Virus record (IMG/VR): IMGVR_UViG_3300030330_004093
Span: 39,014 to 103,013 of that record
DNA from: a virus
Taxonomy: Duplodnaviria; Caudoviricetes
Reading direction: 5' to 3' (one strand)
Length of the DNA: 64,000 bases
Part shown: positions 20,097 to 31,136 of the stretch, in pieces
Layout of the letters: the number at the start of each line of letters is the position of its first letter
How positions within the stretch are numbered: the stretch's first letter is position 1
Notes under the pieces: generated by a model
Told to the model about the DNA's origin: nothing
What the model saw: the letters and a program-made list of their open reading frames with translations, nothing else
The model's database searches: none
Position numbers and translations under genes: made by a program

Positions 20097-22672
20097 AACA
20101 TTTAATTAAAAAATTATTAAATGAAGAATCTAGAAAAATAACATTACTAGAGGAATTATCTTTATTAATAGAAAAAGAAATATCTGTAGGTCCAGCATTA
20201 AAGAAAAAACTTGGTAATATAAACAAGCCATTTGCTGACAAATTACTAAAATTTTTAACTTCAGATAAAATATCCGATAAGGTCACGATAGATACTATAG
20301 ACTACAATTTAGATGATGACAAAACCATAACTGGTTATTTTAAAGATAGAGAAGGTAAAAGAAAAGCTAGGAAGTTTAAGGTAGGTAAACTGTTAAAATA
20401 CTTAGGTGTTAATCCTTCGGAATATAAGGGATACGAAATAGAGGAATTAATATCTTATCTGAAACAAGGTAGTCTAGAGGACTTTAAGGTGGTTGATGGG
20501 GAAGATATATTAAAAGCGTATCATTGTGATAATTATGACGAAGGGGAAACCATGGGTTCTTGTATGCGATATGAAGCTGCACAAACTTATTTAAAGATGT
20601 ATGTAGATAACCCAGACGATGTTAAATGCTTAGTCTTACTTAACCCAAACAATAATAAAGTTAGAGGTAGAGCCTTATTATGGCATATGGATAACGACAG
20701 ATGGTTTATGGATAGGGTATACATGATAAATAGTCAATACAGGAACCTATTCAATTTATATAAAGAAAAGAATAATTTTAGTATGATACCTAAAACTGTA
20801 ACACTAACAAACGGTGGGGAATATGATAAATATCCATACATGGATACTTTTGAATTCTATAGCCCATCCAATGGTGAATTAAGTACAGAAGATTACCATG
20901 ATGACTCTATTATGTTAACAGATACGCAAGGTGGTTACTCTGAAGGTGGTGCTTATATTGAGTATGGTGAACACGAAGGAGAAACTATCGATGAGGACGA
21001 TGCTGTTTTTTTATCATACAGAAAACCAAATGAAAATGTGGAAGGATATGCACACGAGGATGACGTAGAAACAATAGATGGAACCGCATATCTAAAAGAT
21101 GACTGTATAGAGTTATACAATGGTGACTTTGCATTTAAATATGACGACTATAGTTATCCTGTTGAATTAACTCACGGCGCATATGAAGGTGAATATGCTA
21201 AATTAGATGACACTGTACAACTAGAAGACGGACAATATGGTAGTGATTCTTATATTACAACAGATGACGACTATATAGAATTAGATAATAGTATATACGA
21301 TACACCTTATGCTTTTACTGATGATACAACACAAACTTATAGTGATAAGATAATACTAAGAGACGATGCTATAACACTTTACGAACCACATTACGGCGAC
21401 TTCAATTATGCTCATCCAGATGAAGCAACTGAAGTAGATATAAAAGACCATGGTTCGGCATGGGTTCTAGATGATGATTTAGATGAGTTTGAAGAAAATG
21501 GTCTTATTGAAGAAAAATTAGAAGCTATTATGGAAAATAAATCTTTAATCAAAAAATTACTAAGAGAAGGTCTCGATAAAGTTAATTCGTTTGAATCTCT
21601 ATTAGGTGAAGTAACAAGTAAACTTGATTTCTCATCATTTAAGATGAATGATACACTTAATCCTGAGATATGGGTTGATGAAAATACTATTAAACCAGAA
21701 ATACAAGAAAACCTTATAAAAATAGCTGAAGATTATTATAATAATCTAGAATTAGACATACCAATATTAGATATAACACTTACAGGTAGTTTAGCCAATT
21801 ATAATTGGTCAAAATACTCTGATGTTGATTTACATATAATATTTGATGCAAATGAACTTGGGGATAATAAGGACATGGTTAAGGATTTACTAGATGTAAA
21901 GACTAGAGCATGGAATCTTAAGCACAATATAACAGTAAAGGGGTTTGATGTGGAGCTATATCTTCAACCAGAAGACCAACCACATCATTCAACAGGTGTT
22001 TATTCTCTAATGAACAAAGAATGGGTTGACAAACCAGAAATAGTAAAACCAGAGATTGACAAAGAAACTATAACTAAGAAATACAATAACATCATATCAA
22101 TAGTTAAAGATATCGAAGACGATAAGGATAATCAAAACGTTATTGAAAAGATAGAACAACTAAAGGATAAGATTAAAGACATGAGAAAGTCTGGTCTTGA
22201 AGATAAGGGAGAATATAGTTCCGAAAACATAACCTTTAAATTACTTAGAAGAAATGATATAATGCAAAAACTAGATGATTTATTAGTTAATGCTTATGAC
22301 GATGAACACACTATAGTTGAGGTATCTAAGTTCCCAATAGCAGACCCACCAATGTACGGCGACTCTAATTACAAGGATAGAAACGGTATTATTGTGGACA
22401 TGAAACCACAAGACTATTTATATTTGGTACCACATCTAGAACTAGATGATGATTCAGAGGACAATATAGAAGATTTAGCTAGTATGATGAGAGATGGTGT
22501 TGAAATTGACCCACCTACATTATATTTAGACGGTAATAGGGTGGACAATCATGACGGTAGGCATAGAGTTTACGCCGCTATGAGACTAGGATTAAATAGA
22601 ATACCTGTCCTTTTCTTAGACAAAAACAATAATAAACCCCAATTAAAGGGTCTCAAAAAACAACTTGGATGA
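20093..22672 (+). CDS. multidomain protein: conserved phage domain, acidic region, Pol-beta-family nucleotidyltransferase, ParB/Srx-like domain
   Basis: GSCMRY...GRALLW...MDRVY; LTGSLANYNWSKYSDVDLHI (GS..DxD); DGRHRVYAA. Confidence 0.75.
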   Translation: MKHLIKKLLNEESRKITLLEELSLLIEKEISVGPALKKKLGNINKPFADKLLKFLTSDKISDKVTIDTIDYNLDDDKTITGYFKDREGKRKARKFKVGKLLKYLGVNPSEYKGYEIEELISYLKQGSLEDFKVVDGEDILKAYHCDNYDEGETMGSCMRYEAAQTYLKMYVDNPDDVKCLVLLNPNNNKVRGRALLWHMDNDRWFMDRVYMINSQYRNLFNLYKEKNNFSMIPKTVTLTNGGEYDKYPYMDTFEFYSPSNGELSTEDYHDDSIMLTDTQGGYSEGGAYIEYGEHEGETIDEDDAVFLSYRKPNENVEGYAHEDDVETIDGTAYLKDDCIELYNGDFAFKYDDYSYPVELTHGAYEGEYAKLDDTVQLEDGQYGSDSYITTDDDYIELDNSIYDTPYAFTDDTTQTYSDKIILRDDAITLYEPHYGDFNYAHPDEATEVDIKDHGSAWVLDDDLDEFEENGLIEEKLEAIMENKSLIKKLLREGLDKVNSFESLLGEVTSKLDFSSFKMNDTLNPEIWVDENTIKPEIQENLIKIAEDYYNNLELDIPILDITLTGSLANYNWSKYSDVDLHIIFDANELGDNKDMVKDLLDVKTRAWNLKHNITVKGFDVELYLQPEDQPHHSTGVYSLMNKEWVDKPEIVKPEIDKETITKKYNNIISIVKDIEDDKDNQNVIEKIEQLKDKIKDMRKSGLEDKGEYSSENITFKLLRRNDIMQKLDDLLVNAYDDEHTIVEVSKFPIADPPMYGDSNYKDRNGIIVDMKPQDYLYLVPHLELDDDSEDNIEDLASMMRDGVEIDPPTLYLDGNRVDNHDGRHRVYAAMRLGLNRIPVLFLDKNNNKPQLKGLKKQLG

Positions 22673-22871
22673 TGAAAAACAAAATAAAAACACTGTTAAG
22701 GGAGGCAACCAATAAGAGTAAAACACAATACCAAATTAGATATATTGACGGACCTATATTTTATAAGAGAAATAACTCTGAAGAAAAATGGAAATTTATT
22801 ACTGATGAAGAATTTGCCAATAATGTGTGTGATGGTGAATTAATAAAATGGGATAAAAAGGATTAAATTAA

Positions 22872-23843
22872 ATGAAACAACTATTAAGAGAAGGATTATT
22901 AAGACATTTAAGATTAAACGAAACTATAGCTGGAAATTGCGGGACTCACTATACAAAACAATTTATGTTTGAAGAAGGTGAAGATTTCGACCCATTTGGA
23001 CACATAGAACAAGATACAGAAGTAATAACAGAACCTATTGACACTTTACAGGATTGTTTATTAGGATTTTCAAACAGCAACACTAAACTTGAGTGGCCAT
23101 ACTTTTCTTTACCCGCTGGTTATACCTGCCCAATGGCTACCGTTTGTAAAAACTTTGCGTCTAAACCAGGTCAAAAGTTTTCAGACGGAAAGTCTATTAA
23201 AAAAGGAAAGGAAGCAGAAATGCTTTGTTACGCAGCTAGGGCGCAAGCTCAATATAAAGCAGTAAAAGAAAAAGTATTTAAGAATATGGACTTAATAATG
23301 AAGGCCAATAAGGAAGGAGGTTCAGAAGCTATGGCTGAATTGATTCTCAAATCACTTAAGTACCACGGATTGGATAAAGAAAAATTATTTAGAATACACG
23401 AATCTGGTGATTTCTTTAATAAAGAATATATGCAAGCATGGATAAAGGTAGCCAATACTCTACCTGGGACTTTATTTTATGCGTACACAACATCAATACC
23501 ATTATGGATTGCAAATAAAGGTTCAATACCTAGTAATTTAAAATTGATTGCATCAATGGACAAGAATAACGCTAAATCTATTATAGATAATGATTTAAGA
23601 TATTCATTAGTGGTATACTCACCAGAGCAAGCTAAGGAATTAGGACTTAAGATTGATGTAGACGACTCATTGGCTTGGGGTAGTGATGAAAACTTCGCAC
23701 TATTACTTCATGGTGGTCAACACGCTGGTAGTGATGCTGCAGAAGCACTAAAGAAAAATAAAAAAGCTGGTGTTTATGATAAAGTTAAACAAGCTTATAA
23801 ACAAAACAGACAAAGTAAATTAGATAGAATAAGAAAACTATAA
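22872..23843 (+). CDS. Gp88-like phage protein
   Basis: FSLPAGYTCP..C...CYA, FRIHESGDF, FYAYT. Confidence 0.7.
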   Translation: MKQLLREGLLRHLRLNETIAGNCGTHYTKQFMFEEGEDFDPFGHIEQDTEVITEPIDTLQDCLLGFSNSNTKLEWPYFSLPAGYTCPMATVCKNFASKPGQKFSDGKSIKKGKEAEMLCYAARAQAQYKAVKEKVFKNMDLIMKANKEGGSEAMAELILKSLKYHGLDKEKLFRIHESGDFFNKEYMQAWIKVANTLPGTLFYAYTTSIPLWIANKGSIPSNLKLIASMDKNNAKSIIDNDLRYSLVVYSPEQAKELGLKIDVDDSLAWGSDENFALLLHGGQHAGSDAAEALKKNKKAGVYDKVKQAYKQNRQSKLDRIRKL

Positions 23844-23893
23844 AAAAAATAGTATTTTAGTGTAAAATATAATATTTATAATAAAACTAAGTT

Positions 23894-24892
23894 ATGAGAA
23901 GATTTGATAAAATGTACCACATGAAAAAAGCTAATATTTTAGCTGAAGAAAGATATTATGAATCAAAGAATTCATTAAAAGAAGATTACGATTCAATCGA
24001 AGAAAACAGAACAAGCATGTCTGAATTTTTTGGAGAAACAACTGATAATGTAGATACGTTATTAAAAATGTTTTCAAAATATCAACCAGAAAAGGGTTGG
24101 TATATGACTGTGGGTTACGTCAATAGTGCAAAATTAGGTATTACCATTAAAAATGAGAACATGCCTGAGTTAGAGAAAATTGCTAGAGAATTAGGTAATC
24201 CAGCATTTATTGATATGGTAGATTCTGACGATTGGAAAACACAATTCGAAAAGGGTAAGAACACAAAAAATCCATTTGCTGCTCAAAAACCTAGGGGTGG
24301 TGACGCTATACCAGCAAAAATGTATACCACAAAGAAGTTTATGCTCCAATGGAAAAATACAAACATAAAACCTGAGAAGGATGCTGCAGTTAAATCAGTA
24401 TATGATAAGCACGGACTAGATTGGGAAGAAGGTCAAATAGATAAAGACGATAAAAGAGGGTTAGGTTGGGACCAGATACCTGGCACACCGTTCAAACAAC
24501 ACCAAAACACAGGCACTCAGGCGCTAAGTTACTACTCTAAGCAAGATGTTTCAAAAGGCATGGGTGAAACTAAGTACTTCTTGAACTTCCAAGGGGATAT
24601 TACTGAATTGAGTAAAGAAGAAGTGAACTTCATATATTCTTTATCACCTAAAAAGGAATCAGGTATACCTAAGAAACTTGCTCATTTACCGATAGAGGCT
24701 GCAAAAGAAATTGATGCTATTGAGAAGATGTATTCATTTAAAAATTTAGACTTAAGTAAAGTTATGTACATCAACTGTAGTATGAACATAGACGGAGAGA
24801 CTAAGAAGTTTTCATATATAAACTACAATGTTGTACCTAAAGGGTTAGAACCAGGTGAGTTTAAAGAATTTATAGAAGCCTCAATAAGCTAA
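23894..24892 (+). CDS. hypothetical protein
   Basis: 332-aa ORF with TATTTAT upstream and terminator at 24913-24945. Confidence 0.7.
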   Translation: MRRFDKMYHMKKANILAEERYYESKNSLKEDYDSIEENRTSMSEFFGETTDNVDTLLKMFSKYQPEKGWYMTVGYVNSAKLGITIKNENMPELEKIARELGNPAFIDMVDSDDWKTQFEKGKNTKNPFAAQKPRGGDAIPAKMYTTKKFMLQWKNTNIKPEKDAAVKSVYDKHGLDWEEGQIDKDDKRGLGWDQIPGTPFKQHQNTGTQALSYYSKQDVSKGMGETKYFLNFQGDITELSKEEVNFIYSLSPKKESGIPKKLAHLPIEAAKEIDAIEKMYSFKNLDLSKVMYINCSMNIDGETKKFSYINYNVVPKGLEPGEFKEFIEASIS

Positions 24893-24971
24893 ATATAACC
24901 TAATTAAATTATTAAAACCTCAGACGTAAAGTTTGGGGTTTTTTTATGTAAAAAGTCATATTTATTAATAT

Positions 24972-25559
24972 ATGAAACAGTTAATTAAAAAACTATTAAG
25001 AGAAGCTTTAGATACCGAACACGCTTTGGAAAGAGTTGGTGAACGAATCCTTAAGATGGATGACGTAGATATTGATTCAAGTAAAAAGGATAAAATATTA
25101 ACCAACCTAGAACTGGTTAAAGAATTTAATTTTCCAGACTACGAATCATTTATAATCTTTTTAGGTGATTTTAAACCAAATCCAAAGTCTCCCCTATATG
25201 TTAAAATAGATAATGAGGGGTATTACAAGATAGTAGATATTGTAACTAACAAAGATTCAACTGGGGACCAAATATGGGCAATAGTTAGAAACAACGAAAT
25301 AAAAACGGTTATGTTAAAGAAAAATACACAAACTAAAAATGAAAAACAAATAGAATTTGGTAATAATGTCAACAATGTTATATGGAATATAGATAAGTAT
25401 ATAAAAGGAAAAGAAAATCCAAAACCAAAAAAACCAACAAAAAGGGAATTAAGACTCTTAGCAAAACAAAAGAAGGAAAAAGAAAGACAAAGACAACAAC
25501 GAAAAGAATCGATAATAAGAGCAATTAACGAAGCCTTTCAAAAACATAAATTAATCTAG
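24972..25559 (+). CDS. hypothetical protein with LLRE N-terminal tag
   Basis: MKQLIKKLLREALD. Confidence 0.65.
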   Translation: MKQLIKKLLREALDTEHALERVGERILKMDDVDIDSSKKDKILTNLELVKEFNFPDYESFIIFLGDFKPNPKSPLYVKIDNEGYYKIVDIVTNKDSTGDQIWAIVRNNEIKTVMLKKNTQTKNEKQIEFGNNVNNVIWNIDKYIKGKENPKPKKPTKRELRLLAKQKKEKERQRQQRKESIIRAINEAFQKHKLI

Positions 25560-25620
25560 ATTAGATTAAAAATATTATATAATATTTGTTTATAACAAAT
25601 AATTTACTTACCTTAACATT

Positions 25621-26781
25621 ATGAAAAAATTAATTAAAAAAATATTAAGAGAAAATATAATAAGGGAAGAAAGAACTAGGGTAAACGTACCCGTACCTGA
25701 AGATGTAAAGAAAATAAAGGATGTATTCGTAAAAAATGGATACAAGTTATATATTGTAGGTGGTGCAGTTAGAGACGCACTATTAGGTAAAACACCAAAA
25801 GATTATGATTTAGCAACCAACGCTTTACCAGATAAGGTTGAAAGTATGATGCAACAAGCTGGCTTCAGAACTCTAGAAACTGGAAAAGCTTTTGGGGTTA
25901 TTAATGTATTTATTGACGATGAAGAATACGAAATAGCAACCTTTAGAACTGATGTTGGGTCTGGTAGAAGACCAGACTCTGTTGAATTTACTACAATAGA
26001 CCAAGACGTTAAAAGGAGAGATTTAACTATAAACGCATTGTTCTACGATATTGACACTGGTGAGGTGGTTGACCTTGTTGGTGGTGTTGATGATTTAAAA
26101 AATGGTATTGTTAGAACCGTTGGTTCGGCAAAAGAAAGGTTCGAGGAAGACAGGCTTAGAATACTTAGAGCAATTAGGTTCGCTGGTAGATTTGGTAGCG
26201 GCCTTGACCCAGCCGTAGACGCAGCCCTAAAGAAAGATAATAGCTTAGAGGGTATATCACCAGAGAGAATAAGAGATGAGTTCTTAAAAGGCATTAAAAC
26301 GTCTAAGAGTGTAAAACATTTTTTAAGTTTAATTGACCAGTATAACCTATGGGGTAATATATTCCCAGGTTTAACTATTAATACTTCTGATGTAGCTAAC
26401 GACAAGGACCCTATAATCACTATTGCTAATTTATTAAAAAACAACGAACCTAATAATTTAAGTAAAGTATTAAATAAATTAACATACTCTACTTCTGAAA
26501 ATAAAGCTATTACATTTTTGGTGGCTTTACAACAGTTTGATAACCCAGATAAGGTTTACATTTTTAAAAAATTACAGAATAAATCTGGGATTGGTGATGA
26601 ACAAATACTTAAATTTGGTATGTTAGCTAAATTACCTATTAGATTGATAAAACCATTTATTGGGTTTAATTTAAGTGTTAATGGTAAACAAGCACAAGAG
26701 GAGCTAGGTGTTAAACCTGGTCCAGAAATGGGTAAAGCCATTGAAAAAATGGAAATAGACAAGTTTAAGGCGTTACTATAA
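25621..26781 (+). CDS. cca: class II CCA tRNA nucleotidyltransferase
   Basis: YIVGGAVRDALLG..PKDYDLAT, EIATFR, RRDLTINAL, RFEEDRLRILRAIRF. Confidence 0.9.
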   Translation: MKKLIKKILRENIIREERTRVNVPVPEDVKKIKDVFVKNGYKLYIVGGAVRDALLGKTPKDYDLATNALPDKVESMMQQAGFRTLETGKAFGVINVFIDDEEYEIATFRTDVGSGRRPDSVEFTTIDQDVKRRDLTINALFYDIDTGEVVDLVGGVDDLKNGIVRTVGSAKERFEEDRLRILRAIRFAGRFGSGLDPAVDAALKKDNSLEGISPERIRDEFLKGIKTSKSVKHFLSLIDQYNLWGNIFPGLTINTSDVANDKDPIITIANLLKNNEPNNLSKVLNKLTYSTSENKAITFLVALQQFDNPDKVYIFKKLQNKSGIGDEQILKFGMLAKLPIRLIKPFIGFNLSVNGKQAQEELGVKPGPEMGKAIEKMEIDKFKALL

Positions 26782-27286
26782 TATTTATATAATATAAACA
26801 CACACAGTTATGGAAAAATTAAAAAAGAAATTATTGTACTTAGTTGCGACAAATTATGGTCGATTAATATTGTTTGCTATCATTTTTATTATTTCAGCAC
26901 TAACGGGTTCAGCGGGACTATTAGAAATACCAACAGATATCAATATGGCCGACACATACTTGGGTCGTTTAATTTTTGAAAACCCTAAACATTGGTATAT
27001 ACACCCAATGGATATACCATTTGGTATTAGTGTATTATTTTTTGTAGGTTATTTTATTGTCGCAATGGTTTATGCTTGGATAATAAATCCATTTAAAAAT
27101 AAAATTAAATAATTTTTGAAAAAAAGAGTTAAAATACTAGGTAAAGAAAAAATATCCGACCTAAAGGGTGGGTCAACTAATTTATCTAAAAAATACTCGG
27201 ATAAACTTGAGGAACTTGGAATTAGTAGTACTTTGAGGGTTAAGAGAGAGGATGGGTATTTAGTATTTTATATTATAGTGGGGTAG

Positions 27287-27754
27287 TTAAAAATTTAAAT
27301 GATTTTTTTTGTCATTGTAATCGATTAATTTAGTGATATATTTAATTACAGCCTTAAAACTATCTCGTTCTTTATGTATATAATTGTTGGCCCCAAATCT
27401 GTAACATTCATTAGCTATGTCAATATTGCAACTATGGGTTAAAACCATTAAAGTTGCACTATTATTAAGAACCCTAATATTTTTGATTAAGTCAAGCCCA
27501 TCAATCGAATGTCCACCTAAACTAAAATCCATTAATATTATGTCTGGCCTATTAGTCTTCATATACTCAATAGCTTCCTCACCAGTTTCGGTTAATTTTA
27601 CATTTGGTAATATATCTATATCAAGTAATGAATTGATTAAATATTTTTTTAAGACCATGCTGTACATCTTAGAATCCTCTATAACTAAAATGCTTAACCG
27701 CCTATCAAATGAATTTTCGGCATTAACCATTATTTTTTTTAGGTATTCTAACAT
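27287..27754 (-). CDS. stand-alone response regulator receiver protein
   Basis: ILVIEDS, PDIILMDFSL, DGLDL, VLT, GANNYIHK. Confidence 0.85.
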   Translation of the reverse strand: MLEYLKKIMVNAENSFDRRLSILVIEDSKMYSMVLKKYLINSLLDIDILPNVKLTETGEEAIEYMKTNRPDIILMDFSLGGHSIDGLDLIKNIRVLNNSATLMVLTHSCNIDIANECYRFGANNYIHKERDSFKAVIKYITKLIDYNDKKNHLNF

Positions 27755-27947
27755 AGAAGGGAACTTTTATATATATATTTAATAAATATATATAATATAA
27801 GATTAATCGCTGTACAGATACTTTAATAAGTTGAAAGCCTCTAAAAAAACGATTAACAACCTTGGTAAGATAAAAATTTTAACAAATTTTTTAATTTTTA
27901 TTTTGTAATATTAAAATAATTATATATATTTGGTTTAAATTAACGCT

Positions 27948-28895
27948 ATGAAGAACAATATAAGAAGGATACTTAGGGAAAACATAAATAAGAACTATCT
28001 TGGTTTTGAAATCACGAAACCATCTAATGTTTTATATATAATGACTGGCATACCTGGGGCGGGTAAATCAACCAAAAGTAAAGAGCTAGTTGGGAACGGT
28101 AAGATATTCTCAACGGACGATAGAATAGAAAATGCAGGTGATTACAAAGACTTTTTCGATACAATGAAAAAGAATAAAAATTTCAGCGCTTTAAGTAAAA
28201 TGCATGAATTAAATTATAACTTAGCTAGTAAAGCTATGATTAAGGGCGTTAACCCTATTATAATAGATAATACTAACTTGTCACCAAGTGAACCTAAAAA
28301 ATATGTTGAAAAAGCGTTATCATTGGGTTATGCTGATTCAAATATTAAATTCATTGATGTAGGTACTGGTGGAGCTTCAGCTGAAGAATTAGCAGACAGA
28401 AACACTCACGGAGTACCTCTTGAAAGTATAAAATCTATGATTCAAAAATACAATTCACACAAACCTCTAACTTTAGAAAAAGTTTTAAATGCTAAACCAA
28501 TGGGTGGTAAGAAAAGTAAGATGTTTGCTAGTTTAGTTTTAGACAAACAATCGGCTAACAAATTAGTTGAAGCAGTTAAACAATATATTCCAGAAGGTTG
28601 GAAAATATTTGCTCACCACATGACTATTAATTTTGGTAAAGGTCTACCAGAGGACATGAAAGGTGATATTAACTCAATTAAAACAATTAAAGCCACAGAA
28701 ATTGGTGTATCTGACATGGCAATAGCCGTAAAGGTTGAAGGGTATCACTCCGACAATGAAATTCCACACGTAACTGTTGTAGTAAATACCGCAGAGGGTG
28801 GCAAACCAGTTATGTCTAATCAGATTACTAATTGGCAAAAGCTGGATAATTATATTAATTTATCTGGTGTGGTTGAAGAAAAAAAACTTTCTTAA
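27948..28895 (+). CDS. AAA_33-type polynucleotide kinase fused to 2H cyclic phosphodiesterase (Trl1-like end-healing module)
   Basis: GIPGAGKST, IIIDNTN, RNTHGVP; HHMTI and PHVTV 2H motifs, KPVMSN. Confidence 0.85.
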   Translation: MKNNIRRILRENINKNYLGFEITKPSNVLYIMTGIPGAGKSTKSKELVGNGKIFSTDDRIENAGDYKDFFDTMKKNKNFSALSKMHELNYNLASKAMIKGVNPIIIDNTNLSPSEPKKYVEKALSLGYADSNIKFIDVGTGGASAEELADRNTHGVPLESIKSMIQKYNSHKPLTLEKVLNAKPMGGKKSKMFASLVLDKQSANKLVEAVKQYIPEGWKIFAHHMTINFGKGLPEDMKGDINSIKTIKATEIGVSDMAIAVKVEGYHSDNEIPHVTVVVNTAEGGKPVMSNQITNWQKLDNYINLSGVVEEKKLS

Positions 28896-28921
28896 TTATT
28901 AACGTATAAATATAATAAATT

Positions 28922-29398
28922 ATGAATATCTTTGTATTGGATGAGGACATTGATAAGTGTGTCATGTACCATAATGATAAACATACTGTAAAGATGATAT
29001 TAGAGTACGCACAGCTATTATGTAGTGTTCACCATGTATCGGGTAGTAAATTAGAAATACCTTACAAATTAGCCCATAAGAATCATCCTTGTACTATATG
29101 GGCTAGGGAGTGTATTGAAAATTACAATTGGTTATGTAAATTAGGTTTGGCTTTAGCTAAAGAATATACATACAGATATGGTAAAAGACATAAATCACAA
29201 GATGTGATAGAATGGTGCATTAACAATACACCAAGTATAAGAAAAAATTCAGAAATGACTAGCTTTGCCCAGGCAATGCCAGTTGAATACAAATCTTCTA
29301 ACGCTATAGAAGCATATAGGAGATACTATAATGAAGATAAACAACACTTAGCTAATTGGAAAAATAGAGAAATACCAGAATGGTTTAAATTAAATTAG
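28922..29398 (+). CDS. pyrimidine dimer DNA glycosylase (DenV-like family)
   Basis: MNIFVLD...DKHTVKMILEYAQLL, HKNHPCTIWAR, EYTYRYGKRH. Confidence 0.85.
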   Translation: MNIFVLDEDIDKCVMYHNDKHTVKMILEYAQLLCSVHHVSGSKLEIPYKLAHKNHPCTIWARECIENYNWLCKLGLALAKEYTYRYGKRHKSQDVIEWCINNTPSIRKNSEMTSFAQAMPVEYKSSNAIEAYRRYYNEDKQHLANWKNREIPEWFKLN

Positions 29399-30287
29399 TA
29401 TTATGGATGTTGGTTCACTAGTTTATTACGCTGTAATAAATGCTTTAATGGGGTTAGGTATAATATTAGCTATACCACTAGTTTCTTTATTGGCAATATG
29501 GTTGTCTTGTCAATTTATTAAATTAATTAAAAATTAATATTAAAAATAAATACTGTAACGATGAAAGAAGAAATTGAAGACATATTGATTAACTCTTACG
29601 ATAAGTTTGGATTCTTTGATGAAACAAAAGCAACTAAAGAGTTATTAAAATTATTTGATGTTAGTTATTCTGTTTTTGACCACGAAATTATTAAAAGGAT
29701 AAGAAATAGTTCTTCCGATGCAGAAGTTCGTAGAATGATTAAAAGTAAAATTCAAAAATTATGAATAAAAAACAAAAAGAAAGACACTTAGACGTTTCAG
29801 ACAAACTGCTTAATATGGCAAATGCGTTAAGTGAAGAAGCTCATGAATCTGATGATGTTATACTAGCCCAGACCAGCAACCTACTTATGTTAGTTAGTGG
29901 TGTAATGACTGAAAAAGAAGATATAGATAAATTATCTGATATATGTGCAATGTTCTCAGCTAAAAAAATACTTGACGAGTTGGAAGATGGTGACACTTTA
30001 GACTTATCTTAAAATATTTAATAATAAATTAAAAAAAAAATAAAATTATGGGACTAGTTAAATACCCGAATAACGTATTTAGATTAAGACACGGAGGTGA
30101 TTACGAAATACCTAAATTAGGTAAAATGACATTTAATAACGGACAAGAATTTCATATAGTTGCTGATGTACTATATATGAGCGGACATCCAGTACCAGGT
30201 AACCTACAAATACCTTTAATATCTTGGATTGAAAATAACAGTACATTATTTGTTAAAGACACTAGAAATTTTTAAAATACAATAATA

Positions 30288-30611
30288 TTATTTAAAAAAG
30301 GGGTTATGTTCCATCATATATATGATGGTCCCCTCAACCTCTTTACAGGTCTTAGTAAAATCGATAACTTCGTTAACTGGTAAGTCAAACCATTCGGTCC
30401 CTCCCTCAATAGTTTTATAAGCGTGAAACTTTCTATGTAAGGAAGACTCTACTTTCTTATAATACTCAGACTCAAACTTACAAACCAAGTGTATGTCATT
30501 ACTATTTCCAGTAGACAATTCTTTAATTCGTTTATATACATCTCTTTTAGTTACTCCAATCTTAAAACGCTCGTTATCAGATAGTTCACATAATAAATAT
30601 ACTATACCCAT
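30288..30611 (-). CDS. GIY-YIG/T5orf172-type protein
   Basis: IVYLL, FKIGVT, RIKELSTGN, ESSLHRKF, GTEWF. Confidence 0.8.
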   Translation of the reverse strand: MGIVYLLCELSDNERFKIGVTKRDVYKRIKELSTGNSNDIHLVCKFESEYYKKVESSLHRKFHAYKTIEGGTEWFDLPVNEVIDFTKTCKEVEGTIIYMMEHNPFFK

Positions 30612-30710
30612 ATTATCTATGTATAATAAAAGAATAAAAAAAGTAAATAAAACTTGTATTTTAATATTTTTTTTGTATATTTATAAAAAATAACAAGATA
30701 TTCATATAAT

Positions 30711-30797
30711 ATGAAAACAATTAACAACATACTTGTACTAGTCTTATCTTTAGCAGTGGTATTTACCACAGCCGAAGCAGGTATTGTTGTTTGTTAA
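30711..30797 (+). CDS. candidate attenuator leader peptide 1 (MKTINNILVLVLSLAVVFTTAEAGIVVC)
   Basis: 28 codons with clustered CTT, CTA, TTA, TTA; precedes a terminator and tRNA-Leu(UAA)/(UAG). Confidence 0.7.
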   Translation: MKTINNILVLVLSLAVVFTTAEAGIVVC

Positions 30798-30819
30798 ACA
30801 TATTAAAAGATAATTAAGC

Positions 30820-30851
30820 AACCCTGATTCGGAAACGAGTCAGGGTTTTTT
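30820..30851 (+). terminator. attenuator-type terminator upstream of the tRNA-Leu pair
   Basis: aaccctgattcg-gaaa-cgagtcagggtt plus T-run. Confidence 0.9.
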
Positions 30852-30891
30852 GTTATATAAACTTTAATAAAACATAATAAATTAAAAAGTC

Positions 30892-31047
30892 ATGGATGAA
30901 ATAAGAAAAAGAACGATTAGAGAATGGGCGGCTCAAGGTATATTGGGTCATATTATAGACAACCTCCTCGAAACTCTAGAAGAAACTGAAATTGAGGATA
31001 TGGATGAGATTAAAAACGAAAATCAAACCATAATTAGACACAATTAA
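30892..31047 (+). CDS. 51-aa acidic protein, absent from the ORF track
   Basis: MDEIRKRTIREWAAQGILGHIIDNLLETLEETEIEDMDEIKNENQTIIRHN, A-rich leader. Confidence 0.6.
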   Translation: MDEIRKRTIREWAAQGILGHIIDNLLETLEETEIEDMDEIKNENQTIIRHN

Positions 31048-31056
31048 TAACTATAC

Positions 31057-31131
31057 GTACCAGTGCGGAAATTGGCAAAGCCGAACAGACTTAAAATCTG
31101 TTGATTAGGAGTTCGAATCTCCTTTGGTACA
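31057..31131 (+). tRNA. tRNA-Leu(UAA), short variable loop
   Basis: GUACCAG/UUGGUAC acceptor, ACAGA-CU UAA AA-UCUGU, AGGAG-UUCGAAU-CUCCU. Confidence 0.9.
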
Positions 31132-31136
31132 CTTAT

